From Camelus ferus (taxonomy: Eukaryota): a stretch of DNA of 64,000 bases. Positions 37,661-49,138 of the stretch are shown here, in pieces. Where the stretch lies: positions 5,828,001 through 5,892,000 of the forward strand of contig NC_045713.1 of assembly GCF_009834535.1 (NCBI RefSeq), given 5' to 3'. Position numbers and translations under genes: made by a program. Position 1 is the first letter of the stretch, and each line of letters starts with the position of its first letter. The notes under the pieces were generated by a model. It had not been told where the DNA came from. It did not search any database and saw only the letters and a program-made list of their open reading frames with translations.

Positions 37661-38189
37661 CGGAATAAAACCCAGCCTCAGAGGCGATGTGGAGTTTCAC
37701 ACAGCCGGACCACGGCTCCGAACACTGCTGGTGTGTCACACAGAGGGTGGACCTTCAGGACAAAGGAAAGTTCCAAATGACCGCTTGGGCCATGTCAGCA
37801 GGTGATACTGGGATGAAGTCCCAATCAGCAGTTAACAGGCGCCCACTCCTCCAGGGGTGCAGATCGGGTTAGCAAATGGTCCGTACACAGTTATGAATAT
37901 TTATTTATGTACCTGGGGATAAGGCACAGAGCACCGGATCTGATACAGGTGGGGCTGGCTAGAAGCTGTGTTTGCCAAGCCCTTCACACTAAATGAACAT
38001 CCACTGCCCTTATCAGAGCCTGAGGAGGCCGACTGAGATGCTGGAGGGCAGAAGGCACCGCCTCCCCACTCCCCAAGCACCAATGCTGGAGGACACAGGC
38101 TGGCAGTGTCACCTGTGTGCCTATGGGTGGTCTCCCTACCTGCCCTGGGCTCAGATTCCTCGTCTGTGAAATGAGGACGCTGCTTCCAC

Positions 38190-38889
38190 CCACCCATCTA
38201 TCTGATGGGCACCTACTGTGTGCTCACTGGGGCCAGGTACTAGGGGTACAGAGGAGGCCAGCACAGACAGAAAATCTAGCGAGCACGGTGGATGTGAAAA
38301 CTGACACACATGGAGGAAGGTACTCTGAAGGGCCTTGGTTTGAAATGACGGTCAGAGGAGACCTCTGTGAGGGGTGACATCTGAGGTGAGCCCTGGAGGA
38401 TGGCGAGAGAGCTGGGTGGGACAGAGGGAACAGCTGGGGACCCAAAGCAAGCAGTGGCCAGGCCAGGGCACTCCGAAGGCCCAGGGCACGGAGGAGGCAC
38501 AGAAAGGCTGGAAGCAGATGCTTGGAGAGGAAGTGGGGGTGTGGAGGGTGAGGGCAGGAACAGAGATCAGTCCGGGAGCCCCTGCAGTGGTCCGGGTGAC
38601 GCCCGACATGGCTGTGGACAAGCGTGTGGATCAGCTGATCTGAGGTGCACTTTGCGGGTAGGACGGAGGAGATGGGGGCATCCTGAGAGAGGAGGCTGTC
38701 CCAGATTTCCAGCTGAGGCAACCAGGCAGTCTGGGGAGTTACTCCTGAGAGGGGAGAGGACGGAGAAGGAGGCGTTTCAGTAGGTGCGGAAGCTGCAGAA
38801 GGGGAGCTGGCTGTGGGGTAAGGTTCTCTCTTGGGGAACTCTATTCAATACCTTGTAATAGACTATAATGAAAAAGAATAGGAAAAGGA

Positions 38890-38928
<39 letters not shown>

Positions 38929-39300
38929 TGAATCACTATGCTGCACACCAGAAACTAGCATAATACTATAAATTGACTATACTTCAGTTTTTAAAAAAAC
39001 GTTCTCTCCTGTGGGAAACTAAGGTAACGTCAAACAGGCGGTCTCACAGGAGCTGGAACTCAAGAGAGAAGGCCACGTTAGGGAGAAGGTTCTGAGTTTT
39101 CAGCACATAGATAATGAGAGATTATATAGCAAAGAATGCCATTCTTCAGATCTGAAGGAAAAGAAAAAAACAACCCCAGGAGACTAAAAATCAATAGTCA
39201 GAGAAGTAAATGGAAAACTCAGAGGGTGCGGCATCACGGGACTTCAGAAGAGGAGATTATCAAGAGAGGGTCGGGGGGCTGAGTGGCGCTGGAGAGAGAG
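38190..39300 (-). mobile_element. L2 fragment interrupted by a younger L1 3' end
   Basis: gggcacctactgtgtgc...ggtcagaggagacctctgtgaggggtgacatctgaggtgagccctggagga; resumes after 39000. Confidence 0.7.
38831..38997 (+). mobile_element. Severely 5'-truncated cetartiodactyl-type L1 3' end containing (CA)17 at 38893-38926
   Basis: gggaactctattcaataccttgtaata...tgaatcactatgctgcacaccagaaact...ctatacttca plus an A-rich tail; near-TSD aaggttctctc / aacgttctctc. Confidence 0.88.
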
Positions 39301-39949
39301 CTGAGGACCAAAAGGGTCGGGGGTGGGGTGGGTGCGAGACCGGGGCGGGTTGAAGAGGGATGTGGACACACACAGGATGGACTGCTCTTTGGAGGGCTGG
39401 GGCACAAAGGACTTTCCCTCCCAAGATGGAACATGCTACCACTTGCAGGGATGCTGACAAGAACCATCCGCTAACCAGCAGAGACTGAAGATATGGGAGA
39501 GGGCGTAACCGCAGGACTGTGGTCCCTGAGAAGGCAGAAGGTGGGCTCAAGCCCACGTGGAGGGATGGTGTTTGAGGAAGCGGCACATCCTCCCAGGTCA
39601 GAGCCAACAGAAGAGCTGGCTCCAGCTCTGGAGATCTAGTGACAGGAAGGTGACCCACAGCGGCAACTCTCCCGTACTGTGAACACCAGGCGAGCACGTG
39701 CTTGAAACGCACCGAGCACAGCACTCAGACTTGCGAAGTGTCCCACAAGCGCCATTTCGAACATCGTCACAAACGTGCTTTAACATGGAGGAAACACGCG
39801 AAGAGAAGGGGGAAGATAAAACTCAGCTTCTGACACCCAAACACAGAATGATGTAGCCACTGTGTGGAAGCACGATTCTTTCTTTTTGAAAGAAATAGTT
39901 CACACTCATAAAAGACTACTGAAAGTATTAATAACAAAAGGCAATCCTG

Positions 39950-42900
39950 AGAGTGAGAACATCCCCGCGACCTTTGAAGCCTCCTTTGTGCCTAAATACG
40001 ATAACCTCTGCTCTGGATTTCCTGTTTAACCTTTTCTTTATGGTTTTATTACATAATAAAAAAGAATCCCTGAAGAGCATCAGCTCAGGACCGCACCGCA
40101 CATTTTGGCATTTCAGACACTCTCCCCTGCTACATCGTATTCCAGGGTATGAATACACCAGTCTTATTCTTCCTATTCCTGATGGAAAGCGGGGTGTTTT
40201 CACTTGTTTACCATTTTCAAACATTCCTGAACTGGCTTCCCTGGCCCGTGTCTAAGTTCATTTAGGGCGTACACCTGGGAGTAGAGCTGCCATGTCAAAG
40301 TATATGTGCGTCTTCGGTTCTAGAATCTGACGCCAGACTGGTTTTCAAAACGGTTGCACCAGTTTACACTCTTATCTTGCCACTTGAATCCTGGCCAGCC
40401 TGCTAGGTAGGAATGAGTTGCAGTCAGATTATTTTACCTTGCATTTCCCTGATTACAAGGTTGAGCATCCTTTCGTGCGTGCATTGACTGTTCTGATTTT
40501 CTCTTCTGAGAGTGCTGTTCATGGCTTTTGCCTATTTTCCTATTGGGATGTTTGTCTTTTTCTTATTAATAGGCAAAATATAAGAAAAATTATTTTCTAA
40601 ATACCAATCCTTTGTCAGGAACTATGTGTGCCTCCTGGTTTGTGATTTGTGGCAAACGATACCCCAGTATGATCACTTCTCAGTAGACCCTAGGATGCAC
40701 CATTCACATCAGGGTATTTGATCTTTATCATGAAGAAGGTTCAGCTAAGTTGGAATCTTTATTACGATAAGTTTCCAAGAGGTAATGAAAATGTCTTGAC
40801 GGAGGTGGTGCCTTTTTCTAGTTCACAAAAGTCAATCTGAGCTAGTAGCCCCGGGTTCACCTCTCACTTTCTCTAGGGTGAATTTCTGATGGCGGGCAGG
40901 TGGGCAGAGGGGGGCAAGCTTTTACTTTACAATTTTAATATAGGTGAAAGTAACATTTTTTCCTTTATGGTTTCCTGTTTAAGAAACCTTACCAACCCAA
41001 AGTCATCACATTTTATATTTTCCTCTAAAAGTCTTAAAACTTTACCTTAAGTCTTCGCCTGTAATTTGTGCTGGCATATGGTGTGAGATGGGCATCCAAT
41101 GTCACTTAATTCCATAAGGATACCCAGTTGTCAGGGGGCTGTTTATTGGAAAGTCCACCTCTTCCTCACTGATCTGTAACGCCATCTTTGTAATATGTTT
41201 GGCTTCTGTGTATGTGTGGGTCAGTTCCTGCTTTCTTTACTATGTCCCACTGGCATATTATCTGTCCCTGTGCCAATTACTGTAACTCTGATAATTCGTG
41301 TAACTATGTAGGGCAAATCCTCTGTCTTGTTCTTATTTCATAGTCTCTTTGCCATTATTGACCATTCGCTCTTGCATATAAACTCCAGCATCAGCTTTTC
41401 AAGTTTCATGAAAAATCCTGTTAGAATTTTGACTGGAACTACGATGACTCATTCTATCGTCAGTTTGGGGGAAACTGACATCTTCAGTAATAGTGGGAAA
41501 TTTTATCCTTGAATACCTTAACTCTGTCTAATAGAATCGTCTTTAATATTGTTCAATAAGAATGTTATACTTTTCTCCAGAAAGTTCTAGGAATCCTGTA
41601 TTTTTTGTTGCTCTCTCTTCAGTGGTATCCTTTTTCAGTGTGCTATTGACATAGAGATATGCAATTAATTTTGTATATTGATTTTGCACCTAGCAACCCT
41701 GTTAAATAATTGAGGCTCACTTGAAAAATGAGAGTTTTATTTCTTCTGCTCTAATCCTTGTACTTCTTTTTATTGTCTTCCATGTGAGCCAAAACTTTCA
41801 GTACAATGTTAAATAAAAGTAGCAACGGTAAGCATCCTTGTCTTCTTCCTGACTTTATAGGGAACGTTTTTAACATCACTAGGTGTGATGATTGACGTAG
41901 GTTTTTGATAAATAACTTTTCCCAGGTTAACAAAGTTCCCCTCTATTCCTGATTTGCTGGTAATTTTTTTAAAGTTTATTTTTATTAAAAAAATATTTGG
42001 GGGGGGTAATCAGGTTTATTTTTTTATTTATTTTAGCAGAGGTACTGAGGATTGAACCCAGAACCTTGTGCATGACAGACGTACACTCACTCTACCACTG
42101 AAAGTATTTTTTTTAAATCATGAATGGATGTTGAAATTCACCAAATTCTTTTCCTGTGACTGTTGAGATTTTCCCTTTTTAATCTGTGAGTGATATTCAT
42201 TTGCACTAATAATTTTTTCTGTTAACCCAAACAGCATTTGTGGGATACATGGAGCTTGAGGGAGTCAATTTGCCCATACTTTTTTAAAGACTTCTGCATA
42301 CCTATTCATAAATAAGACTGACTTTAATTTCCCTTTCTTATACTGTTCTTGTGTCTGCTTTTGGCATGAAGGTTATACTAGCCTCATAGAATGAGTTAGG
42401 AAGTGTTCTCTTTTTCTATTTTCTGAAGGAGTTTGCAAAAGATTAGGACCATTTCATGAATGATTGATAGGATTTGTAAATAAAACTGTCTGGACCTTGT
42501 GGAAATATTTCTGCAACTGTTATAAAGCTACTCAGGTTTTCTATTTCTTTTTAATCAGCTCTGGTACATCACAGTATTCTAGAAATGTGTTCATTTAGTT
42601 TAGCTTTAAAAATTTATTGGCATAAAATTGATTGTAATAGTCCCTTATTAGCTTTTTAATCTCTGCTGTAGCTGCAAAGTTACCCCATTTTCATTCCTAA
42701 CCTTTCTTTCCTTGATTTAGGAAGGTAGTTTGTCTAGTATAGCAGTTGTTTCAAAGAAGCAACTTTTGGGCTATTTCTATCCTGGGTCTTTCTTTTCTTT
42801 TTCATTCAATTTAGTTTATATATTACTATTCACTGTCTTTTAAATTTCCTTCTTCCTCTTTTCTTTAAGCTAAATTCTGTCATACTTTTATAACTTTTTA

Positions 42901-42980
42901 AGCTGGATGCTGAGCTCATGGATTTTTAGCCTTTTATTTCCCCTCTAATATAAGCAACTAAGTTATTTCTTAAGAGGATT
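39950..42980 (-). mobile_element. Old degenerate L1 (ORF2 and 3'UTR) in the CUX1 sense orientation, interrupted at ~40650-40920 and by a SINE
   Basis: T-rich antisense L1. Remnant ORF 41751-41933 (FPIKSGRRQGCLPLLLLFNIVLKVLA) is the L1 RT GxxQGCPLSP motif. Confidence 0.9.
41974..42103 (-). mobile_element. tRNA-Ala-derived camelid SINE (Vic-1-like, long-tail form, 5'-truncated)
   Basis: Reverse complement tcagtggtagagtgag...ctgggttcaatcctcagtacctctgctaaaataaataaaaaaataaacctgattacccccccc; near-TSD gtaatttttttaaa / gtattttttttaaa. Confidence 0.85.
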
Positions 42981-43689
42981 TCCCTCCCTGAGGACACTGG
43001 GGTTAAGTATCCGGCTCTCCTACAGCCAAGAGGAGTAGGGCCCAAGCCAACTCCTTCTCCCTTCAACCTCCATACGAGGACCCCTCAGGGAGAGAGGCAA
43101 GGGGAGGGGGAGACAATTTACTATTTACAATTACTGGAGAATGTAAGTGTCACTTCACTGAAGGGCTTGTCTGAATTACTGGACTGAAATAAGTTTTAAA
43201 TTGGATTGGATACACCCCCCCCCCCCCGCGAAATCAGTTGGATGGGTTACAAAGCACAAATTGAAGTGGAGCAATAATAAATCCCACTTCAGTGTAAGTT
43301 AAACTTGACGACTTTGCTATAATAATTATGAATAATCATCATGATTGTATTATCCCAAACCTTTCAATCAAGGACAACAAATCATTATTTACTAGTTTCT
43401 TCTAATGGCATTTCCTGAGCAAACCCTCTGGGGTCCATTTCACCTTATGAACAGCAAAGCTCCTGGAGAAAGGACAGAGGCAGAGTGCTTTACAAACTGC
43501 CCGGGGAGGAACCTTGCTATTCCATCATTTATCAATAACCCAAACTAGTGAGACCCCAGACACTTCTCGTTTCTCAGTTGCTGCGTCGGGTGTCGGGAAC
43601 ACAGTGGCTGACAGGACGACATGCAGCGGCTGCTTCCACTCACTGCACAGACGCAAGGGGACCAGGACCAAGGGACAGGTGGCTCTCGG

Positions 43690-43950
43690 ATACGATGACT
43701 AATGCGTCACTAGCAGTGGGGTGCAGCCGGATCATGCGGTAGGGGGACCTGGCCTCTCCTCTGGGGCTCAGGGGAGACTTTCCTTGAGGAAGTGGAGCCC
43801 ACGCTGGAGTAAGCCAGGTAAAGCGGAAGGAGACAGGAGCGTTTCGGAAGCAGGTCAGTCCTGCAAAGGCTTGGAGGCGGGTAAGGATGCCCAGGGCACA
43901 GGGGCCTGGCAGAGAATCAGGATGGCCGCGGACCCAGGGGTAGGAGGTAA
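43690..43950 (-). mobile_element. L2 fragment
   Basis: ggggctcaggggagactttccttgaggaagtg...cagtcctgcaaaggcttggagg. Confidence 0.55.
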
Positions 43951-44699
43951 GTGGAGAGCAGACTCTAGAAAGGTAAGCACTTACCAAATCATGCAAGTCC
44001 CATGAACCATGGGAAGGAGGGTGTCTGGATTTACATTCAGAACTCCAATTAAGCACTCGAGGGCATGAGCGTGGTACCCTGGCCAGCTAGCGTTTCCCAT
44101 GACGTTACGACACACAAGTAAGTGTTCCTGCAGAAACTCTAAAGCCCTCTGTGAATTTCTTGCTCTCAGAAAACTTTATTTTGCTTTGTTTCGTGTTTTT
44201 TCTTTGGGGGATCTCAAGTAAGGAAGAAATCTATACAAATTCTGAGCACAGATCATGTTTTCACTAACGGGACATTTTTCCAGGGGAACGCAAGCACGTT
44301 GGGATGAACTCAAAGAATGTAGCTGATAAATAAAACTGCAGCAGCAGCAGACACTGATAAAAGAGAACAAGCCTCTGGTTACTAAAGAAGGTGGCTTTTT
44401 AGAAAAACAATGGGTCCCGCCCCACCTAAGCACCAGGACACGCTGCCTTCTGGGCAGTGCCTGTCCGCGGGGTCCCCACGGGCAGTCACCCTCTGCTGTG
44501 CAAGCTTCTTCAGAAACAAGCAGGCTTTAGCTCTCTCTACTCAGCTTATTAGAAATTAGCACACATTATTTAATACAAATATAGCAATTAGCAGAGGCTT
44601 GGTAGATATTAATGGTGCCAGAAAAATATTTACTTTTCAAGTTGCCTTAAAAAAAAGCAGGCAAATAGGAAGACTAGATGTCTCACAGGCATTTTAAAT

Positions 44700-45230
44700 T
44701 TAATAGAGCCAGACTGAAACCCATCACCCCATCCAGAATGTGGGGTAATCTACACAACTGGCTTAGACTCTTTCTAAGAAAAATCGGTAACAATATAAAG
44801 GGGAGGGGGTGGAGAGAGTGTCCATATTAAAAGAGAAATACATATATATATATATATATATGTATGTATATCCCCCAAATGTATTATAAAAGATATTTTG
44901 GGGATAAGGAGGGAAATGGGATTTTGGATAGAATCTCAGATAGCAGGAAATTCATGTTATTTTGCCAAGTATGATACTCAGGATTATGGTGGAAATGTCC
45001 TTGATTTAGGAGATGCGCACGTGCTGAGGGTTCAGAGCCCGCTGTCTGCAGCTTCCTTTCAAATGTTGAGCACTGATAGGGGTGAGGGGAGGGGAGCAAA
45101 CGTGGCACAGTGTTAACAGGCAATGAGTCTGGGTGAAGGGCATTCAGCTGTTCATTACACCACTCCTTCCACTTGTAGGTAGATTGGAAGTTTTTCAGAA
45201 AGAAAGAAAAGCAAGCAAACAACAGAAAAG
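44700..45230 (+). mobile_element. L1MC-like 3'UTR fragment with (AT)10 at 44842-44861
   Basis: atgtggggtaatctacacaactggc...atattaaaagaga...gaaatgtccttgatttaggagatgc. Confidence 0.6.
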
Positions 45231-46577
45231 GGACCCTGAGCTATTTCAGCCAGAGAAATACTGAGCCAACGGGTCTCACAGAAGCAGGTGGAGGAAGAGA
45301 TCAGATCACACCCGGGTAGTGTAAGGCATCGGCTTCACTCAGAAAACGAGGGTTTGGAGATACAATACTGAGGAAGGGTGATTCAAGTCCTTCCAAGACC
45401 TGGGGTCCTGATGTCCCTCTGTGCCTTTTGGAGCCAAGCACAGGGGGCTTCCTGCGGCAGGAAATTATAAATAGAGAAAAGCCCTGCCTGCGCAGTGCTG
45501 AAATCTGCAGGGATCACCAGCGGTCACTGCGCCTGCGGCTGCCACGCAGGTCCCACCGTCCTGGAATCTTCTCTCTGGCCTCTTCTGCTGTCTTCCTCAC
45601 TAACCTCCCTGGCTCCCTCACCCTCTGCTGTCACCTGCAGCTCCGATCTCTTGCTCTGAGCTCTGGGCCCAGGATTCCAGCCCCATCTGCCTGCTGCCTC
45701 ACTTCCCCGAGTCCTGCTCCCTTCCTGGTTATCTGCGAGTTGTGAAGTTGTGAGAACACAAAATTCCTAAGATCCCACCCACGTGGGTTCTTGAGAGGAC
45801 TTGAAAAAAGTCCAGCCCCCTCTCCTCGCTATAATTACTGCTTCCATCATTCCAGGGGGAGAAGCTAAGAATGAATGATTCCACAACAATAACAGAATTT
45901 CTGGTTTTCTAAAATTCACCAAGTCTCTACACAAAGGGCTGAGAAGGACTGGAATGTTCCCCACCTCGACTGCCCGTCCTCTCTGTGGATTAACTGCCGC
46001 CAGGGCACACGCGTCTCAGATGACCAGCCGCCTCCCTGCCATCTTGCCTGCAGGAGGACCCATTAGAAAACACTTCCTTAGAGAGAGCCCAAACTACCCT
46101 CGTGGCTTCTGCCTGTGAAACTGGCCAGTGAAATTCCTCTCCTGGCCCGGCCCCTGAGTAGTGCATGAAAGGACCAGACTGCCCCACTCCATCCTTTCCG
46201 CGTGGGAGGCCTCGTGGTGTCAGCCCCAGACCAGCTCAGGGATCCGGTGAGCCTGGGGAGGTCCACGGACTCCTGGAGGCTGTGGTCTGAACAAGCTCAA
46301 TCCACCGTGGCAAGTGCGACATGCTGGCCACCTCCCCCCAATTCCTCTGCACCTTCTGACATCCTGAAGATGGCCTCCCCTCCCACGCCAGCTTTAATTG
46401 AGGACTCGGTGGAAACATCCCTTTGAGAAGCACATCATCTGCATGACGCTGGGTCGGTGCAGCGGGGGAGGCTCGTCTGGGTAAGCACCCTCAGTCGGTG
46501 GCATTTACTTAATGAGACTAAGAAGAAAGCCTGATGAACTAGGAAGGCGGCTGCGGATATGAAATAAATATGCTTAC

Positions 46578-46625
46578 CTCCCCTTGGAAACTCTTCAGCA
46601 GAGGCGCTACCTGCTTGCGCAAATC
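46578..46625 (-). CDS. CUX1: CUX1 coding exon (human exon 3 equivalent), 48 nt, phase 0-0, encoding DLRKQVAPLLKSFQGE
   Basis: Minus strand reads cttctcaccccag|GATTTGCGCAAGCAGGTAGCGCCTCTGCTGAAGAGTTTCCAAGGGGAG|gtaagca. The peptide matches recalled human CUX1/CASP and differs from CUX2 (EIREMVAPVLKSFQAE). Confidence 0.97.
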
Positions 46626-47169
46626 CTGGGGTGAGAAGGTGGGTCCGGAAACAGCCATTGGAGAAGAAAAGAGAAGGAAAACATTCGTTAAGGTCTCCTA
46701 AGTACAGTTTCCAATTCAGCGATGGTTGTTATTACATAAAGCAATCCTGGTGCCTCCCCTGCCCCCTCCCTCCCTCCCACGGGGAGAATGCCGGCGGGTC
46801 CCCCAGCGTTTACACGGACTTACTTCAGAATTACCCCTTGTCTTTATTTCCACTGAGTCCTGTTTATATACCCCTCATTTTGAACGTGCTATGGACCAAA
46901 GTTTTTGCTGGTGCCGGTGTAAGAGAATTAGGTGTAAACTAGGATATTATAATGGAGGTTTGACTTCTTTGTATCTGAAACAGACCTGGGTCACTATCCC
47001 GCATTTTACCCGTTACTTTTGGGCGCTGTGGATGGGAAATGGGACAGATGTGGATGGGAAGCCATGTCTGGTGCAGTCCCTGGAAATTTTATCCTAAGCC
47101 ACTGGTACCCATTTCACAACATAAGGACATTTTATTTTATTTAAAGTGAAGTAACTGACTAAGGCACAA

Positions 47170-47385
47170 CATAGTGATTACAGTCAATAATACTGTATTA
47201 TAAACTTCAAAGTCACCAAGAGACTAGATCTCGGCGTAAAAAAATGCTAACGATGTGCCGTGACAAAGGTGTTAGCTGAACTACAGGAATCACACTGCAG
47301 CATGTGAATGCATCAAACCAACACGCTGCACACCTCACACTTACACAACCTTTTTGTGAATTATATCTCAATTTTTAAAAAATAG
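47170..47385 (+). mobile_element. L1 (L1MA-like) 3' end
   Basis: catagtgattacagtcaataatactgtattataaacttcaaagtcaccaagagactagatct...gtgaattatatctcaat. Confidence 0.8.
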
Positions 47386-48074
47386 AAAAAATGAAGTAAT
47401 TGAGAAAGTGCTGCAAATACTTTGAAAGAACTTGAATAAGGCAACTTTTCTTCTACAGAGAGCCGGGGCACAGAAGGTGGTTACTGGGCATGATTTATGT
47501 GCCAGATCAGGTTCAGTAAGTTTGGACAAAGGCCCACGCATCTACCTTTTCCTAAGCCCCAAGGCTGATGCAGACGCCCAAGTGAAGCTGACTAGTATTG
47601 GTAAAGCTGGACCAATCAACCACACACGGGCAGAGACTAAAGTATCATTTCAGAACAAGGCCTGTGCTGGGAGAACATGAGAGGGAGGATGAATTCAGAT
47701 GAAGAGCAGTGCCGCAGAGGACGCAGCATCTGAGCAGGGAGACAGGCATGATTTTTGTGGGGGACAAGGACAGCGATGGGGGACGAGCCTGGCCTTTCCC
47801 CCCTGGAACTCTGTGGCTCTTTAAGCAGCCCCGGCCCTCGGCCTGCTCAGTCCTCGAGGGGAGCTGCGTGTACACACAGGCTCGCTTGGCATCTAATCTT
47901 TTGGTAACTACCTGACTGACAGCATTTGGGGTTCCTTTAGCCAAGCACCCAAATCAAGGGGGCCCCCTTTCCACACTTGAAAGCCAGCTTGTGACCACAG
48001 CAGTCTGGCTGCAGGGTTAGGGAGAATGACAGCCCCAGGTATCCTGTGCCCACCGGTCTCCATGGTTTCCTCTG

Positions 48075-48220
48075 GTCCAGGGCCCATAATCTTTTTGGGT
48101 CATGAAAACTTTCCAATAATCTGAGCAAAGCTACTGACCCTCTCCTGAGGGAGGAAACTGCAAATTATTTCACTGAGGGCTTCCTAAGCCCCACCTACAG
48201 ACCCCAGGGGAGGACCCCTT
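48075..48220. mobile_element. Small hAT-Charlie MITE
   Basis: ctttttgggtcatgaaaactttccaataatctgagcaaagctactgaccctctcc...cagaccccaggggaggacccc. Confidence 0.5.
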
Positions 48221-48224
48221 GTTC

Positions 48225-48423
48225 TAGCCCATGTGGCCCAATACAGTGGCCACCAGCCATTTATATTCAGATGTAACTGAATTAAATTAAAAATTCAGTT
48301 CCTCAGTTGCAGGAGCCACATTTCAAGTCCTCAGGAGCCACATGAGGCCGGCAGCCACCGCACCGGACACTGAAGATACGGAACATCTCCATCACTGCAA
48401 GGTGACCTCGTCAGACAGGGCTG
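48225..48423 (-). mobile_element. MER3-like hAT-Charlie MITE
   Basis: ccaatacagtggccaccagcca...aaattcagttcctcagttgca..agccacatttcaagt...ggaacatctccatcactgca. Confidence 0.8.
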
Positions 48424-48672
48424 TACCATAAGCGCTTTGCCAAACATAACTAACCCACATTACTTTGTACTGTAACCTTGTGAAAGTATTTGCTCAAGAG
48501 GTATTGTAATTTCCCTTTTAATCATACATTTTTCTTTAGGTTGCATTCTTAAAGGTGATACCATCATCCTTGGAGAAGTCCTTTAGTTCCTCCACTGGGT
48601 CATTTTCTCTGTCTTTACACCCAGCTCAATGATAAAAAAATAAACAAACTCTTTGCCAGTCTCTTAAAATAC

Positions 48673-49138
48673 TGTAGGCACAGTAGCGGTCCCCAAAGAA
48701 GTCTGGGTCCTAATCCCCAGAACCTGTGACTACGTTAGGTCACATGGTAAGAGGGACTTCGCAGCTGTGATCATGTTAGGGATCTGGAGTTGGGGGGATT
48801 ACCCAGGATTATCCAGGTGGGCCTGATGTGGTCAAACTGGTCCTTATGAGAGCAGGGAGGAGGGTGAGTCAGAGGGGATGTGTGATGGAAGCAGAGGGCA
48901 GAATGACAGAGGGGCACCAGCCAGGGCTCCCAGGGCTTCCACCCCGAGAGGCTGGAAAAGGCATGGAAATGACTCTCCTCTGGAGCTTCGAAAGGAACAC
49001 AACTCTGCCCACATCCTATATCAGTCCAGTAAAACCCATTTTGAACTCTGCCCTCCAGTGCTGTCAGATGACAAACTGCTGTTGTTTTAAGCCACCGGGT
49101 CTGCTAGTTTGTTACAGCAGCAACAGGAAACTAATACA
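48673..49138 (+). mobile_element. MaLR solo LTR (MLT1D-like)
   Basis: tgtaggc...tcctaatccccagaacctgtgac...ggattatccaggtgggcc...ttgttttaagccacc...tttgttacagcagcaacaggaaactaataca. Confidence 0.9.
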
